NCBI GenBank assembly: GCA_000002435.2
Contig: CM018792.1
Origin: Giardia intestinalis
Lineage: Eukaryota
Length of the DNA: 64,000 nt
Reading direction: 5' to 3' (one strand)
The translations under genes were made by a program, and so were the position numbers. This document shows, one piece after another, positions 1 to 11,123 of the stretch. The first letter of the stretch is position 1, and every line of letters begins with the position of its first letter. The notes under the pieces were generated by a model. The model was not told the DNA's origin, made no database searches, and saw only the letters and a list, made by a program, of their open reading frames with translations.

Positions 1-1065
1 ACGTGCAGAGACAAGGGGACACACGAATGTAGGAATGGACATTGTAGCGCTTGTGCCGTAACACATATTTTCTTTAAGTACGGATGTTACGATCGGTACG
101 GGAGCATTGCACAGAGGTACATCTGCAAAGCAGAAAATCAGTTTGAGCTAGGCAATAGGGTGTGTTGCAGGAAGTGCGTTGACCCGCTATTCTTTATCAA
201 TAACGGAGCATGCGTGAGTGAGACTTTTACGTGCGAGCAACGGAGTGGAGAAGTCTGCACTAAATGCAATTCAAAGATTCCTACAATATTCCTGTTCGGC
301 GGAGGGTGTTATGAAGCAAGTAAGGCTCCCGGGAACCTGCTCTGCAGCAAGGCTTCTGATGGTAAGTGCACAAACTGGACGTGCGATCAGAAAGGAGTGA
401 CAAAGCTAGGAGACGATTGCATTTTCTGCGATGACTCGAAAGGCAGTGTTGGCTGCACTGAGTGCAAGGGCGAAGGTGACAAATTCGCCTGTGTCGCTTG
501 CAAGGATGGCCTCTATCGGCTGGTCAACGGAGCATGTGCCTGTACTATTGACAAGTGCAAGAAGTGTGCGATACTAGGTTCTAGCCCCGTTTGCCTGGAG
601 TGCGAGGGAATGTTCTCTCTCGATCAGAAGAGCTGCGTCACCGAGTGCCCGCCAGGCCAAAAGCCCGACGAGAAAAAGGAAAGGTGCCAATGCAGCGAGG
701 GAACGGTTCCAAAATCCGATTGGTCGGGATGCGAGCACGAGGGAAACTGTCCAGCCAGTGCCGTCGGATGTTCGAAGTGCAGCTCGAGCGGGAAGTGCGT
801 CTCATGTATATCCAATGCTGAGTATGTCAGCCCAGGGCAGACACGGTGCGTGTCCTTCTGCCCTGACGGTTCCCAGCCCCTTGGACAGCGCTGCATCTGC
901 GCTGCAGGCCTTACGCCTTCTAACGATGAGTGCATAGTGAGACAGAAGAACAAGGCTGGTTTAAGCACTCAGGCCATTGCTGGGATTGCCGTGGCTGGTA
1001 CCATGACCCTTGGCGCCCTTGCTGGGGTCCTGGTCTGGCTGTTTGTCTTTAGAAGAAAACAGTAA
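1..1065 (+). CDS. High-cysteine membrane protein (HCMP, VSP-like), 5' partial. The frame is open from nt 1, so the gene starts outside the window.
   Basis: Cys-rich with repeated CXXC and CxC motifs (TCEQRSGEVCTKC, GCTECKGEGDKFACVACKDG). C-terminal TM helix LSTQAIAGIAVAGTMTLGALAGVLVWLFVF followed by a short basic tail RRKQ, with no CRGKA, so it is an HCMP rather than a true VSP. The listed ORF begins MCC with no signal peptide because the true N-terminus lies upstream of the window. Frame 1 has no stop from nt 1. Confidence 0.75.
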   Translation, partial: TCRDKGTHECRNGHCSACAVTHIFFKYGCYDRYGSIAQRYICKAENQFELGNRVCCRKCVDPLFFINNGACVSETFTCEQRSGEVCTKCNSKIPTIFLFGGGCYEASKAPGNLLCSKASDGKCTNWTCDQKGVTKLGDDCIFCDDSKGSVGCTECKGEGDKFACVACKDGLYRLVNGACACTIDKCKKCAILGSSPVCLECEGMFSLDQKSCVTECPPGQKPDEKKERCQCSEGTVPKSDWSGCEHEGNCPASAVGCSKCSSSGKCVSCISNAEYVSPGQTRCVSFCPDGSQPLGQRCICAAGLTPSNDECIVRQKNKAGLSTQAIAGIAVAGTMTLGALAGVLVWLFVFRRKQ

Positions 1066-1099
1066 CGATCTGCAAGAGTAAATTCTATGTCTGTTGAGG

Positions 1100-3050
1100 A
1101 AGTAATCATCCTCAAGGATCCCTTCACGCGGAGACCTGCATCAACTCGGTCATTCCAAGCAAACTGGAGATAACTGGATGAGAAGCGGCTTTTGAGGCAG
1201 TCGAACGCTGCATGACGGCGAGCTGCTCCCTTGGATCGAGCACAAGAAGATGCTCGAGGATTCCGCGGATGACCACGTCCTTGACCCCCTAGAGGTCTGA
1301 TGTCACCCCCTTCTCAAGGAGTTCATCGGTCCGCCTACCGTCTGGAGCAACGGGCTTGCTACCTGTGCTCAGTTCGTAAAGCACCGCTCCAAGGCTCCAG
1401 AGGTCGGAAGCTGGAGTGGGCTCTTCCCCCAGTAGGACCTCTGGTGGCGCATACACAGATAAGTGCCTGCGAAACGCCTCTGTTGAGACGCTAAGGTGGG
1501 ACTGTCGCCTGCTATCTGAGTGGTCTCTCATGCGAGCCACCGCCACCCTGGGCAAGTTCCTCGTTCGTTCACCAACTGAGATCCAGATCCAGAGTTCGAA
1601 GGCGGGTGTCAAGCGACTCCGGTGGGAGAAGAACTCTTGTTCTTCCCTCTTCCCAAGAACAAGACAGGACAACCACGATCAGGGGACGATCATGATGCGC
1701 TCCACAAGGCAGTCCCAAGCCCCCTGGAGACCAGACACTAGCCTTCCCCGAGACAGAGCAGACTGCGTTCCACCGACTGTACATGGTGGTGTTCGCATGG
1801 CACAGGGAGGCGCAGACTGATGGGCACGGCGGCCTCGCTCGACATAGCGAACATTCCAACAGCAGACGGCCTCTGCCGGACGAGTGTGCCCCGTCCCGAG
1901 GAGCTGCGTCGAGGCCTTCCTCCGGCTGCGACGCGCTGCACTCCTGGACTCGGTCCCTCGGGGCCCTGCGCATGCTTCTGTGCTGCGGGGGACAGAGCCT
2001 GCTCACCAGGAACTGAAGGAGATACCCCGCTCATTGCCTTGCCGACGACACATCCATCTTCCATAGTAGCAACAGTGACGCGACGGGGATAGCCACAGAG
2101 GCGACAGGCCTGGCGAAGCGATTGGCTCGACGGTCAGCACTGGGTGTAGGAGCACTGAGAGGCAGGGGGCCTCCTTCCTGGCCGGGCTCGAAGGAGCCCC
2201 CAAGGCAACAGAGAACCTGAAGCCAGTGATGGCACTAATCACTCGCCATGCTTGTCGAGATGGACCCACCATGCGATCTCTGTGAATCCCTCGACAAGAG
2301 ATGGGCCCCTGGGGTGCTTGGCTGACAGAGGCGGACTGATCCTGCCCGCACCGAAGAGCGGTGGTCTGGGCCACCTGCCGGGCGTCTGCCACAGCAGCTG
2401 GCAGTGCCTGACACCCTCGAGTAGGCGGGTGCCGGCTACCGAGCAAGACAGCCTAACGGCGAACCAGTTCTGATCGCTCCTGGTGCCTCAGACGACACCC
2501 CTCGGAGAGGTGGCCCTGGACCGACGCCTCGACAGACCGAAGCATCACCCCAAGTGTGCTGTCAGATGGACCAGCCCACACGTCACCGAGCCGGCACACT
2601 GCACAGGGTGGGCGTCGACACGGTCTCATGCTGGGTGACGGAGCACCTCTGCGATCCATGAGCAGAGGGGTGGGCCTCTCCCCCGACACAACACATGGGA
2701 GTACTCCATCGGCATCCACGAACGCGTACTATGACTCCAAGATAGAGGCGCACGGGGAGCGCACCCTCCGATCATGCTCGGGACCGATGATACAATCCAC
2801 GAGGAGACGAAGAGGCACCCCGAGGAACGGGGTAGACACTCGAGGTCGTGGCGTATCCCATCTTCGTCATGGAGCACCAGGGTCCCGGGCCACGTGGAGG
2901 CCAGATCGCCGTGACCGACACAAGACCCGAGACAGCGGGTGCTCACTAGATGCCAGACGATGGTTGGCCCCGACGGGCCAGAGGAAGGGAGGAACCCTAG
3001 AGGTAACGTGAGGAGCAGCGGCTCCCGGGGGAGAGGGAGCACAGAGTCTT
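1100..3050 (-). pseudogene. GC-rich degenerate NEK-family protein kinase pseudogene fragment. It is a diverged third copy of the repeat that fills the palindrome arms.
   Basis: ORF 1289..1672(-) carries kinase subdomains VIII-IX (VYAPPEVLLGEEPTPASDLWSLGAVLYEL). Nucleotides 2700-2900(+) are about 85% identical to 52520-52690(+) (gcgtactatgactccaagatagaggcgcacggggagcgcaccct versus gcgtactctaactccaagatagaggcatacggggagcacaccct). No long intact ORF, many overlapping frames, and high GC unlike the neighbouring genes. Confidence 0.55.
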
Positions 3051-3913
3051 CTCCTGTCGGGATCGAAGGCATCTGATCTTCGGACTCTGGATTTTGATCT
3101 CAGCTGGTACACGAGCGAGAGATACCCGTTTGCCCAGGACGGTAGTAGCTCGCACGGGAGATCACTCAGGTAACAGGTGACAACCCCACTCGGGCCTTCA
3201 TTCAGGTATTTCGACGGTCGCCTGTCTAAGTTGAGGTATTTCTGTAACTCACTCCAAAAACGAACAAGCTAGCTATGAGCATTCTGGTAACGTTATTCAG
3301 TAAGATTTATCAGTGTGAATTGTACATCTAACAAAGTAGTCAGGCATATTGTGCTATACTAGCTACATCGATAGCTCAATGAAAGTTCATATAGTAGTCT
3401 TTTGCCAGCAGTGAGTACTTGCTGGTCTTCTTTGGTGTTTATCAGCAAACGATTCAGTATTACAAGATACTCAAGGTACTACATCAATCTTAAAATATTT
3501 AATTATATTCATCTATCTATTTAGTTTCAGATGGACTATGAGGAGTGGATCATGACACTAGTAGTCCCACTTTCAGCGTGACCATTCACATGCCACTTGT
3601 TAATTGATCAGCAACCAAGGACGATCGCTGACCAAAGGGGCAATACAGATAAGTTCTTAAAATATACCACCATCAAGAGCAGATCTACATAAAAACCTCA
3701 GGTTTGAACCACATGCTTATCTTCTAGCGCAGTTTTTACATGCCATTAATTCTAAATCTCACCAGAACAAAAAATTACTCATTTTAAACTGATACTTATT
3801 GTTTCTGGTAGAATAGAAACCGGCTGATCCTATTCGTATTAAGGCTTAGGGTAATCTTGGCCGAAACAAGAGAGATGCCAAGCAGAATAAGTAATTAAAA
3901 AATAGTTCTAAGC

Positions 3914-6900
3914 ATGAAAACGCGGGGGAACCTCGCGGAGCGCACAGCAGGACGCACGTTTTCTGCTCTATTAGAAAAGCTTGGAGAGCAAATTTATCTT
4001 TCCAGAAGTCAGACTCAGATTGTTAGCGCTTCAAGTAGCACGTCTCATTCCAACCCCTCACTAACTGCATATCAATCCCAACCAGATGTAGATATTAACA
4101 CCTATTCGCTTAGTCCCCAAGCCTCTAACTGCTCTAGCTGTACCGAAGATTGGTCGCAATCCACTTCGTTCTACTCACAAACTAGCCCTTCCCATATTTC
4201 AGCGCAGTCAAATGATCCTGAAGATTACTCCTCACGGAGCTATAGTTATTCGTCGAGTGATGACTACTATAGTAGCAGCGTTAGCTATAGTTACTGCTCT
4301 GATTTGAACACTGAGGACGACATAGAAGCACCAGACCAGATATCCAGTGCCACCCGCACAGAGAGCTCTTTGCCTAGGAAAATTCTAAGGACGATTATTC
4401 GTGAAAATCCTCACATTCTTTCGCAGTTGAGATCCGGCTTAGGATCAGATCCGTCTTGTTCAAATAAATCCAATCAACCACTAGAGTCTCTAGAGTATAA
4501 ATTTTCCATTGAGGAAATGCGTAAGATAAAAGAGATAGGAGAGGATTTAGTAGCCGCTACTCAAAATGCTCTCAAACAAGAGGCAAGGCGACAGCGTGAG
4601 GTATCCAACAGGCTTTCTCGTCCTAAACACGGAATGACAAGTACTCTTAGTTTACGATCACATCGTAGACAGACAGAACTTACACCAAAGGGGTCCTCCA
4701 AAGCTTCAAAGCGGAGACAACCTGCCATAGTGTTGGAGGTTCCTCAGCTCAACAAGGGCACCACGACATCTACGGTGTGCAGTTCTTCAAGTGTTAGTAC
4801 TGAACTATCATCACCGTCAGTCGGACTCGTAACAGGCCGGCACTCAGTTAAAACATCTACTCAGGAAGCTTCAACCAGTAGTGAGCAAATAGATGATCCT
4901 CTTATTCTTTCTCGTGTACAAAGAGACTATTTGAAAGTGGCGCAACCAGTGATACAAGAACATTCACCACATCGTCTTAGTATTCCTGGATCAACAAACA
5001 GTACATCCAATGCTGTGGAGCAAAAAGTACATAGCGATATACTCAAGAGATCTGTTACTTCTATAGCAACACCCCAGGAGTTATTAGCCTCAGTTGCTCT
5101 GGTTGGATCTATCCCGGATATTAATAGTACTATCGAAGCAGCTTCAAAACAACACGTAGCATCCCAGACTAGTTCCACAAATTCCTTCAAGAGAAAGGCT
5201 GGGGATTCATCAATAAGTTTGATAGGTACTGGGAGTCATAGTAAGCCTTTGTCGAGCAGCGCACTTGAAGTTTCAAGAGAGCTCCCAGAGCCGGCATCCC
5301 GTCTTGTGACAACCAAGTCGTCCAGCCTAGCTCGCACCCAGCCCATGATCGACTTAACATTGACAACAACAGCTCCGCAGCCAGGAAACGCATCTACCTC
5401 CTATCGACCAAGAAGCCTCAGTTCTTTGTCACAGCAGCTCCATACGGCTCAGCTACAATCAGACCAGGTGGTTAAAGAGCTTAAGGATAAGATTGCTACG
5501 CTGGAACTAAAGCTTAAGGATGAAAAGCAACGAAATGCATCTACTTCCAAAGAGCTTCGTAACCTTAGAGAAAGAAAACGTGTTCTAGAAGGACAACTTA
5601 AAAAGAAGATCGAAGAAAAAGATCTCGCAACGTGGGAAGCACAGAAAAAAGCCCTCAAAATGAATGTGTCTCTTATGCGAACGATAGCTGCCATGAAAGC
5701 AAACTCGTCTAGTTCGAAAACTCAGCGCAAATATTCTCACCGCCAAGTACCCTCTCATATGCTGACTCGTCGAGATCCTGACTGTTCTGAGCCTACACAG
5801 TCCTTGCTTAACACGAATCTCCCTCTTATAGAGATAGCACCTCCTATGGCAAAACTCTCCGCATCAAAAGAAAACTCTATTCCTCCATCCGTTAAATTGT
5901 TCGATAGCATAGAGCAATCTGCCGATGTTAATGAGATTGTAGTCTGTTCGCATAAAAGACAAACACACTCTTCGGGCTCTCATGATTTAAACAGATTATT
6001 TGTAGATACCTGTAACAAAACTATCAGGGATGCTCTAGCAGATGTTTATAGTCTAGATTCAACTACAATTCCAGTCTTTGCATCGGCAGATCTACCCACA
6101 CTTCACATAGAGACAACCCCACCGCCGCCGATTATCTCTGCGGATCGTGAGCCAGACAGTCCTGTCGATAGGCAAAAGCTGCTAGAGTCTGATATTAGTC
6201 CAGAGGTTACCATTGGTAAACTAAAGTCACAAGATACCGACCAAGATGAGGAATCAGCACGGGCCTATACGCTTCCCGTTGATAAGCAGCTCTTTCAAAA
6301 GGATCTACATAAAAATGCCTCTATAGTGTTGGGAAACCAAACACATCTAGACTCGGAACTAAAACATTCAAGACCCCCGATAGCTCCACGACAAGAGAAC
6401 CGTGCACGTTCTATAAGACGTCACGGAGAATGCGTTGCCCTATTTCTTCTTCCAAGTCCCACACGTTACCCAGCTGACGCCGCAGAGATAACCAAACTCA
6501 TCGTTTCTATCAGCACCGATATATCATCAGCACCAGGGCTACCATCAAATGACCAGGAGCACATGCATGAGAATCTTCGGCTGGTGCGTGAACTAATTGA
6601 GAGTCCAGACCTAAGCATCTTTAATTATCCTTTGTTTGGTGCCAAGCTTATTGCAGCCATGTTTTGCACATATGGGCCTGGATCGTTTCCTGTTTTCAGC
6701 ACCGTCATTTATCGAATCAGTGATCTTTTACTGACAGAAGTAGTAAGCCTAGCCAATACACCTACCAATCCAACCCTTTATGAAATAGAGTGCCGGTTAT
6801 ACACATATATTCTGAACATTATTAGAGGAACATGTCTGCTAGTTATGAGCGTAACCACATGTACAAGTTTACAGCCAGGAGAGAGTAGTCTTCAAATATT

Positions 6901-7381
6901 ACTATTTGCATTTAACAGTCTTTGTGAGTTTAGTTCGTCAGCAAACGTCTTTTTGGAAGATACGGCCTTATACCTTGTAGTATCAACGAGTATAGAGGCC
7001 CTATTTTCAACCACATTAGCACGAAATACGGATTCACTATCACTATCTACAACTCCTATAGTGTGCCAAAGCACTGGTGAGAATCATCAAACATACCTCT
7101 CCATAACAGAAACAGATCAAGAGAGTCTTTTAGTAGCGGTTATAAAGACAGTTATATTGCTCTGTCACCAAATGCTATTGGAGTCAGACTGTTCAGATAG
7201 CAAATCAGAAGTACGGTACTATCAAAACCATTCTCTTTGTAGTATTTCATCCCTTTTACATTCTATATCAGCATTATTACAACGTAATAAACTATCTGTG
7301 AACGACAGCGCATTACTCACGCAACTACGGCGAAGGATAGTTGACGCCATTCCAGCACTAAGTTTAGTTCCTTGTGCATAG
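3914..7381 (+). CDS. Hypothetical protein, 1155 aa, with a Ser/Tyr-rich low-complexity N-terminus and a central coiled coil (KELKDKIATLELKLKDEKQRNAS...).
   Basis: Single long ORF in a compact genome. Heptad-like charged segment around aa 510-560. No recognisable catalytic motif. Confidence 0.6.
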   Translation: MKTRGNLAERTAGRTFSALLEKLGEQIYLSRSQTQIVSASSSTSHSNPSLTAYQSQPDVDINTYSLSPQASNCSSCTEDWSQSTSFYSQTSPSHISAQSNDPEDYSSRSYSYSSSDDYYSSSVSYSYCSDLNTEDDIEAPDQISSATRTESSLPRKILRTIIRENPHILSQLRSGLGSDPSCSNKSNQPLESLEYKFSIEEMRKIKEIGEDLVAATQNALKQEARRQREVSNRLSRPKHGMTSTLSLRSHRRQTELTPKGSSKASKRRQPAIVLEVPQLNKGTTTSTVCSSSSVSTELSSPSVGLVTGRHSVKTSTQEASTSSEQIDDPLILSRVQRDYLKVAQPVIQEHSPHRLSIPGSTNSTSNAVEQKVHSDILKRSVTSIATPQELLASVALVGSIPDINSTIEAASKQHVASQTSSTNSFKRKAGDSSISLIGTGSHSKPLSSSALEVSRELPEPASRLVTTKSSSLARTQPMIDLTLTTTAPQPGNASTSYRPRSLSSLSQQLHTAQLQSDQVVKELKDKIATLELKLKDEKQRNASTSKELRNLRERKRVLEGQLKKKIEEKDLATWEAQKKALKMNVSLMRTIAAMKANSSSSKTQRKYSHRQVPSHMLTRRDPDCSEPTQSLLNTNLPLIEIAPPMAKLSASKENSIPPSVKLFDSIEQSADVNEIVVCSHKRQTHSSGSHDLNRLFVDTCNKTIRDALADVYSLDSTTIPVFASADLPTLHIETTPPPPIISADREPDSPVDRQKLLESDISPEVTIGKLKSQDTDQDEESARAYTLPVDKQLFQKDLHKNASIVLGNQTHLDSELKHSRPPIAPRQENRARSIRRHGECVALFLLPSPTRYPADAAEITKLIVSISTDISSAPGLPSNDQEHMHENLRLVRELIESPDLSIFNYPLFGAKLIAAMFCTYGPGSFPVFSTVIYRISDLLLTEVVSLANTPTNPTLYEIECRLYTYILNIIRGTCLLVMSVTTCTSLQPGESSLQILLFAFNSLCEFSSSANVFLEDTALYLVVSTSIEALFSTTLARNTDSLSLSTTPIVCQSTGENHQTYLSITETDQESLLVAVIKTVILLCHQMLLESDCSDSKSEVRYYQNHSLCSISSLLHSISALLQRNKLSVNDSALLTQLRRRIVDAIPALSLVPCA

Positions 7382-7393
7382 CTCTACTAGGCC

Positions 7394-10300
7394 TTATTTG
7401 TTAGAAGAGAGAAGCTGCTCAATGTCGTCAAGCTGTTTGCGTAACATTTTGTTCTTCTTATTACGGTTCAATATAATAGGTACTATGATAGCAACAATCA
7501 GCACTATAACACAACACACAACTGTGACCGATATTATAACGGTTCGGTTGTTTATGGGGGCTAATTCTGGATATATGCATAGACCATATCCTCTATTAAT
7601 AACATAAGGTGCATTGCATTTTAAACAATATAGTGGGTTATACACGTCGCATAAACTACATGTTGGATGGTCGCACTTATCTGTTGTGAAGCATGTGTTA
7701 TTGATAAGCGTAAAATCGGTCAAACATTCTAAGCAATGAAATGGAGAAAGACACCTTTTACATCCTGCCTCACATCGGTCACACCCCTTGGTAGAAGGAT
7801 TAAAAACGTATCCTCCTTGACATACCTTACACGCTGTTTCGCTGTTTAAGACGCAACTGAAGCACCCAACGACTTGACAATTATTCTCAATTTTTTTACA
7901 TACCCACTCTTCATTGGGATGGTATACCTCCCCTGTGCTGTAGACTTCACATGCAATACAGAGAGTTGGATCACTTCTGATGGAAACAGCGCATGAATTG
8001 GCGGTTCCTTCATTGTAGACGTTATACACACACAGCCCAATCACAGGCAAGTTATCATAATTTTTACATAGCAAGCACCCTGCAGAGTTTGTACACAATG
8101 GACAATACAGAGGACACGGAGTACAGTATCCTTCTGGGTTGTGGTAGTATCCCATTGCGCATTTGATACACTTCCATGGGTCATCGCAAGAACAACGCAA
8201 ACAGTGGGGAACATTGCAGGTCGGACATATCATGCAAAGAATGTCTCCTGCATTTGCGAGGACTTCAGATGCGACTAGAAACCCTAAAGGACATGTGACA
8301 CAAACAGCTGGGGACTCTGGCAGCGGAAACGGAAGGATACTACCGCACATTGCACACTCCGATTGACACTTGGAACATATCGTTGTCCCACTAAGTACAT
8401 AGTGTGATGTAACACAACTAATGCAAGTATCTGGATCGTCCTTCTTGCAGTGTCTACAGTTGGGAACATTGCATGGGGTTGTGATATATTGAAATGGAAG
8501 AAGAGGAGGCGATTGTGTCGAGGGTGTATAGTTAAACGTATAATTGCAATCCCAGCCGATTTTGGATATTTTGTCATTGACAATCATCTTGCCTGCCCAC
8601 TGAACAGATGGGTTCCTTGTCGATACAGACATAGGACTGAGCTCATAATTTGGTAACGTTCGAAGAACAGGTTTCTTACTGTCAAAGAACCACTCACTTG
8701 TCTCGGTGAACTGGAAGGCGTATGTAAACTTTTCAATACTCATCGCCTGACTTATTGTAAATTCGTTTGAAAGAATATACTTGTTTTGCACAATATATAT
8801 AAGATCGCAGAGCAAACAATTATTGATCTCGCTTGTACCAGCGTAGAGAGACACACTGAGCGTGCCAGAGACTTTTGAGGTAATTATTTGGGCGGTTAGA
8901 TTGATGAGGACTCCCTTAATTGACGTATGAGAAAGGAGAGACTTTCCTAATAGGGCACCAATGCCGTATGCATTGACTCCAGAGGGAGAAAAATCCTTAA
9001 ACCCAACCATCTGGAGAGAAACAATTGCTTGGATGTAAGAATTATAAAAGTAAATATCTGCGTACGACAAGCCAAAGAGCCCCCCGTATAGAAATGTGCT
9101 GGAAGCTAAACAAGTTTCTCCAGAATAAAAGGAGGCATTCATCGTAGTGTAGGAAGACCGCACTGTCAGATTGTTCATTAGAGTTTGGTATCTTTGAAGA
9201 ATATATCCCACTAGGCCGCCTACAATAGCACTATTGTTATAGGGTAGACAGGAAAGGGTTGCATTCGCTATTCCATAGACCGCATATGAACTGTATATGG
9301 TCGAGATGTAATCGTCCTTCAACAGGACACCTCCAACTAACCCTCCGAGGGTAAGGGTTGAAGTGATCTCTTCAGAAGCAGTGAAATTGATATATGCATA
9401 TGCTGCTGCAGTGCTATTGATAAGAAATTTGCTACCTTCGCCAAGAAGCCCGCCAAAGACAAAATTATCCATATAAATTCCAATGATGGTCGTGAAGTTG
9501 ATTAGTGATTGATGGACAAAAATATCGCCTGTCCCCATTGCCACTGCACCACCGAAAAAAATGCCATTGCACTGGGCTACATTTGCCGGCAAAGGAACTC
9601 TGCAAGCAGATCTGTCGTGAGTCTCCACCGCTACCATGCACTGTCTGAATTCAGAAAGTACAGCCAGACCAGCAATTCCTCCCGTGTGCAGACACGAATG
9701 CAAATTTGTTATATTGATAATTGTCCTAGTGACTTGAAGATTGGTACTGCTAGCAAGAATTCCCCCAACATAATCTATCGTATAGTCTGCAGTGAAGTCA
9801 GAAATAGTAATGTTACAAGAATCTATTCTATTCGATAAAAATGTTGTTGCATTTCCAGTACCTACAAGTCCACCAACATAATTGGTATTGGCAGACCCAG
9901 ATGTGATGACTTGCAACTGATCAAGCTTACCGCGAACATCCACCAGGCTGGCTAATAACAGCCCAACAACACCACCAGCAATGGTGGGCTTGTCATTCAT
10001 ACCAGAAATTTGGATTTGCCCAGAAATGGTAGAGTTAGCAACAGATTGATATGTCATCCCAAAGAGAGCCCCGGCATAGCAAGATGATTGCAAGCACCGT
10101 ATGTTTGTGTTTGATGTCAAATTCATAGTAGATGATGTCAAGTTTGTTACAGGAAAACCATTCTCTGCTATTCCAACAATCCCGGCTAACCCGCCCACAT
10201 ATGCACTCATGAGCGTCACCTGTATGGTAGAGTTGATGGTAATGTCACTTGGGAAACTCAATGTGGCGCCGCAAAAGCCCCCGATTGCCTTACGAGAGCA

Positions 10301-10729
10301 ATCTCTACAGTACTCTGTTCCTCCCGTTACTCTGGAGGTCACATTGACGTTCTGAATCATCTTTGGAACCATGTACCCTGCAAATCCACCAATGAAGACA
10401 CTATCTGCCTTAATGCTCTTAATGTGTATATCCAAAACAATGTTTCTAACTATCCCATTGAAGGTTCGAAAGAATCCAAGAGTGTAGCCTCCAGAACTGA
10501 TGGTTATATTACTAATTGCATGATTTTCCCCATCGAGAACGCCATAAAATGTGTTTATGGGAATAAAGTCCTCTTTCATGACAATGTCTTGCTTCAATTT
10601 AAATGCGGAGTTCGGGCAATACCGCATCATCTCCATGGATTCTACATCATTTATGTCATAAAACACATTGCAACTGACCTGTTCACCCAAGACTGCAGCC
10701 AATAAAATCAAAAGAAAGGTGATGGTCAT
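7394..10729 (-). CDS. Type I membrane surface protein with about 18 Gly-rich 28-30-aa repeats (core Y[VA]GG[LI][VA]G, GLUG/beta-helix-like), then an HCMP-type Cys-rich CXXC stalk, a TM helix and a short cytoplasmic tail.
   Basis: N-terminal signal peptide MTITFLLILLAAVLG. Repeats include YVGGLAGIVG, IAGGVVGLLL, YVGGLVGTGN, HTGGIAGLAV, LGGLVGGVLL, IVGGLVGYIL and LYGGLFGLSY. The C-terminal third has dense CxxC and furin/EGF-like spacing (CRHCKKDDPDTCISC, CLRCSCDDPWKCIKC). TM segment VIISVTVVCCVIVLIVAIIVPIIL, then a basic tail. Confidence 0.7.
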   Translation of the reverse strand: MTITFLLILLAAVLGEQVSCNVFYDINDVESMEMMRYCPNSAFKLKQDIVMKEDFIPINTFYGVLDGENHAISNITISSGGYTLGFFRTFNGIVRNIVLDIHIKSIKADSVFIGGFAGYMVPKMIQNVNVTSRVTGGTEYCRDCSRKAIGGFCGATLSFPSDITINSTIQVTLMSAYVGGLAGIVGIAENGFPVTNLTSSTMNLTSNTNIRCLQSSCYAGALFGMTYQSVANSTISGQIQISGMNDKPTIAGGVVGLLLASLVDVRGKLDQLQVITSGSANTNYVGGLVGTGNATTFLSNRIDSCNITISDFTADYTIDYVGGILASSTNLQVTRTIINITNLHSCLHTGGIAGLAVLSEFRQCMVAVETHDRSACRVPLPANVAQCNGIFFGGAVAMGTGDIFVHQSLINFTTIIGIYMDNFVFGGLLGEGSKFLINSTAAAYAYINFTASEEITSTLTLGGLVGGVLLKDDYISTIYSSYAVYGIANATLSCLPYNNSAIVGGLVGYILQRYQTLMNNLTVRSSYTTMNASFYSGETCLASSTFLYGGLFGLSYADIYFYNSYIQAIVSLQMVGFKDFSPSGVNAYGIGALLGKSLLSHTSIKGVLINLTAQIITSKVSGTLSVSLYAGTSEINNCLLCDLIYIVQNKYILSNEFTISQAMSIEKFTYAFQFTETSEWFFDSKKPVLRTLPNYELSPMSVSTRNPSVQWAGKMIVNDKISKIGWDCNYTFNYTPSTQSPPLLPFQYITTPCNVPNCRHCKKDDPDTCISCVTSHYVLSGTTICSKCQSECAMCGSILPFPLPESPAVCVTCPLGFLVASEVLANAGDILCMICPTCNVPHCLRCSCDDPWKCIKCAMGYYHNPEGYCTPCPLYCPLCTNSAGCLLCKNYDNLPVIGLCVYNVYNEGTANSCAVSIRSDPTLCIACEVYSTGEVYHPNEEWVCKKIENNCQVVGCFSCVLNSETACKVCQGGYVFNPSTKGCDRCEAGCKRCLSPFHCLECLTDFTLINNTCFTTDKCDHPTCSLCDVYNPLYCLKCNAPYVINRGYGLCIYPELAPINNRTVIISVTVVCCVIVLIVAIIVPIILNRNKKNKMLRKQLDDIEQLLSSNK

Positions 10730-10787
10730 TAAAAAGTATACATCTACAGTCCAATGAAATCAGAAGCAAGGCACATAGGTTTCACAC

Positions 10788-11123
10788 ATGGCTTTGATTA
10801 AGCTTCGGTCGATGGTAACAACCTATTTACTCTGGCTGTTCTTGGGCATCTTTGGGGGGCATAGATTTTATCTCTATCAGTATGACATGGGCCTGCTATA
10901 TCTCTTTACCGCAGGAATATTCCTGATGGGGTGGATAACCGATGCGTTCATTATCCCCTTTATGGTCTGGGAAACAAATACGATCATCCGTGCCATCAAT
11001 AGACAGCAATTACAATTTGAGAACGAATACGGAGAAAATACAATAGTGCACCCTACTCGCCCACGCTATCCTCTAGTCACTCAGGTCAAGGCAACCGAAT
11101 ACGATGGACCTAAGGTCTTCTAA
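10788..11123 (+). CDS. TM2 domain-containing small membrane protein (111 aa).
   Basis: LLWLFLGIFGGHRFYLYQ ... GLLYLFTAGIFLMGWITDAFIIP matches the TM2 domain signature (GxxGxHRFYLG, then a second helix with a conserved D). Its stop overlaps the 3' end of the convergent gene 11120..12190 by 4 bp. Confidence 0.65.
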   Translation: MALIKLRSMVTTYLLWLFLGIFGGHRFYLYQYDMGLLYLFTAGIFLMGWITDAFIIPFMVWETNTIIRAINRQQLQFENEYGENTIVHPTRPRYPLVTQVKATEYDGPKVF

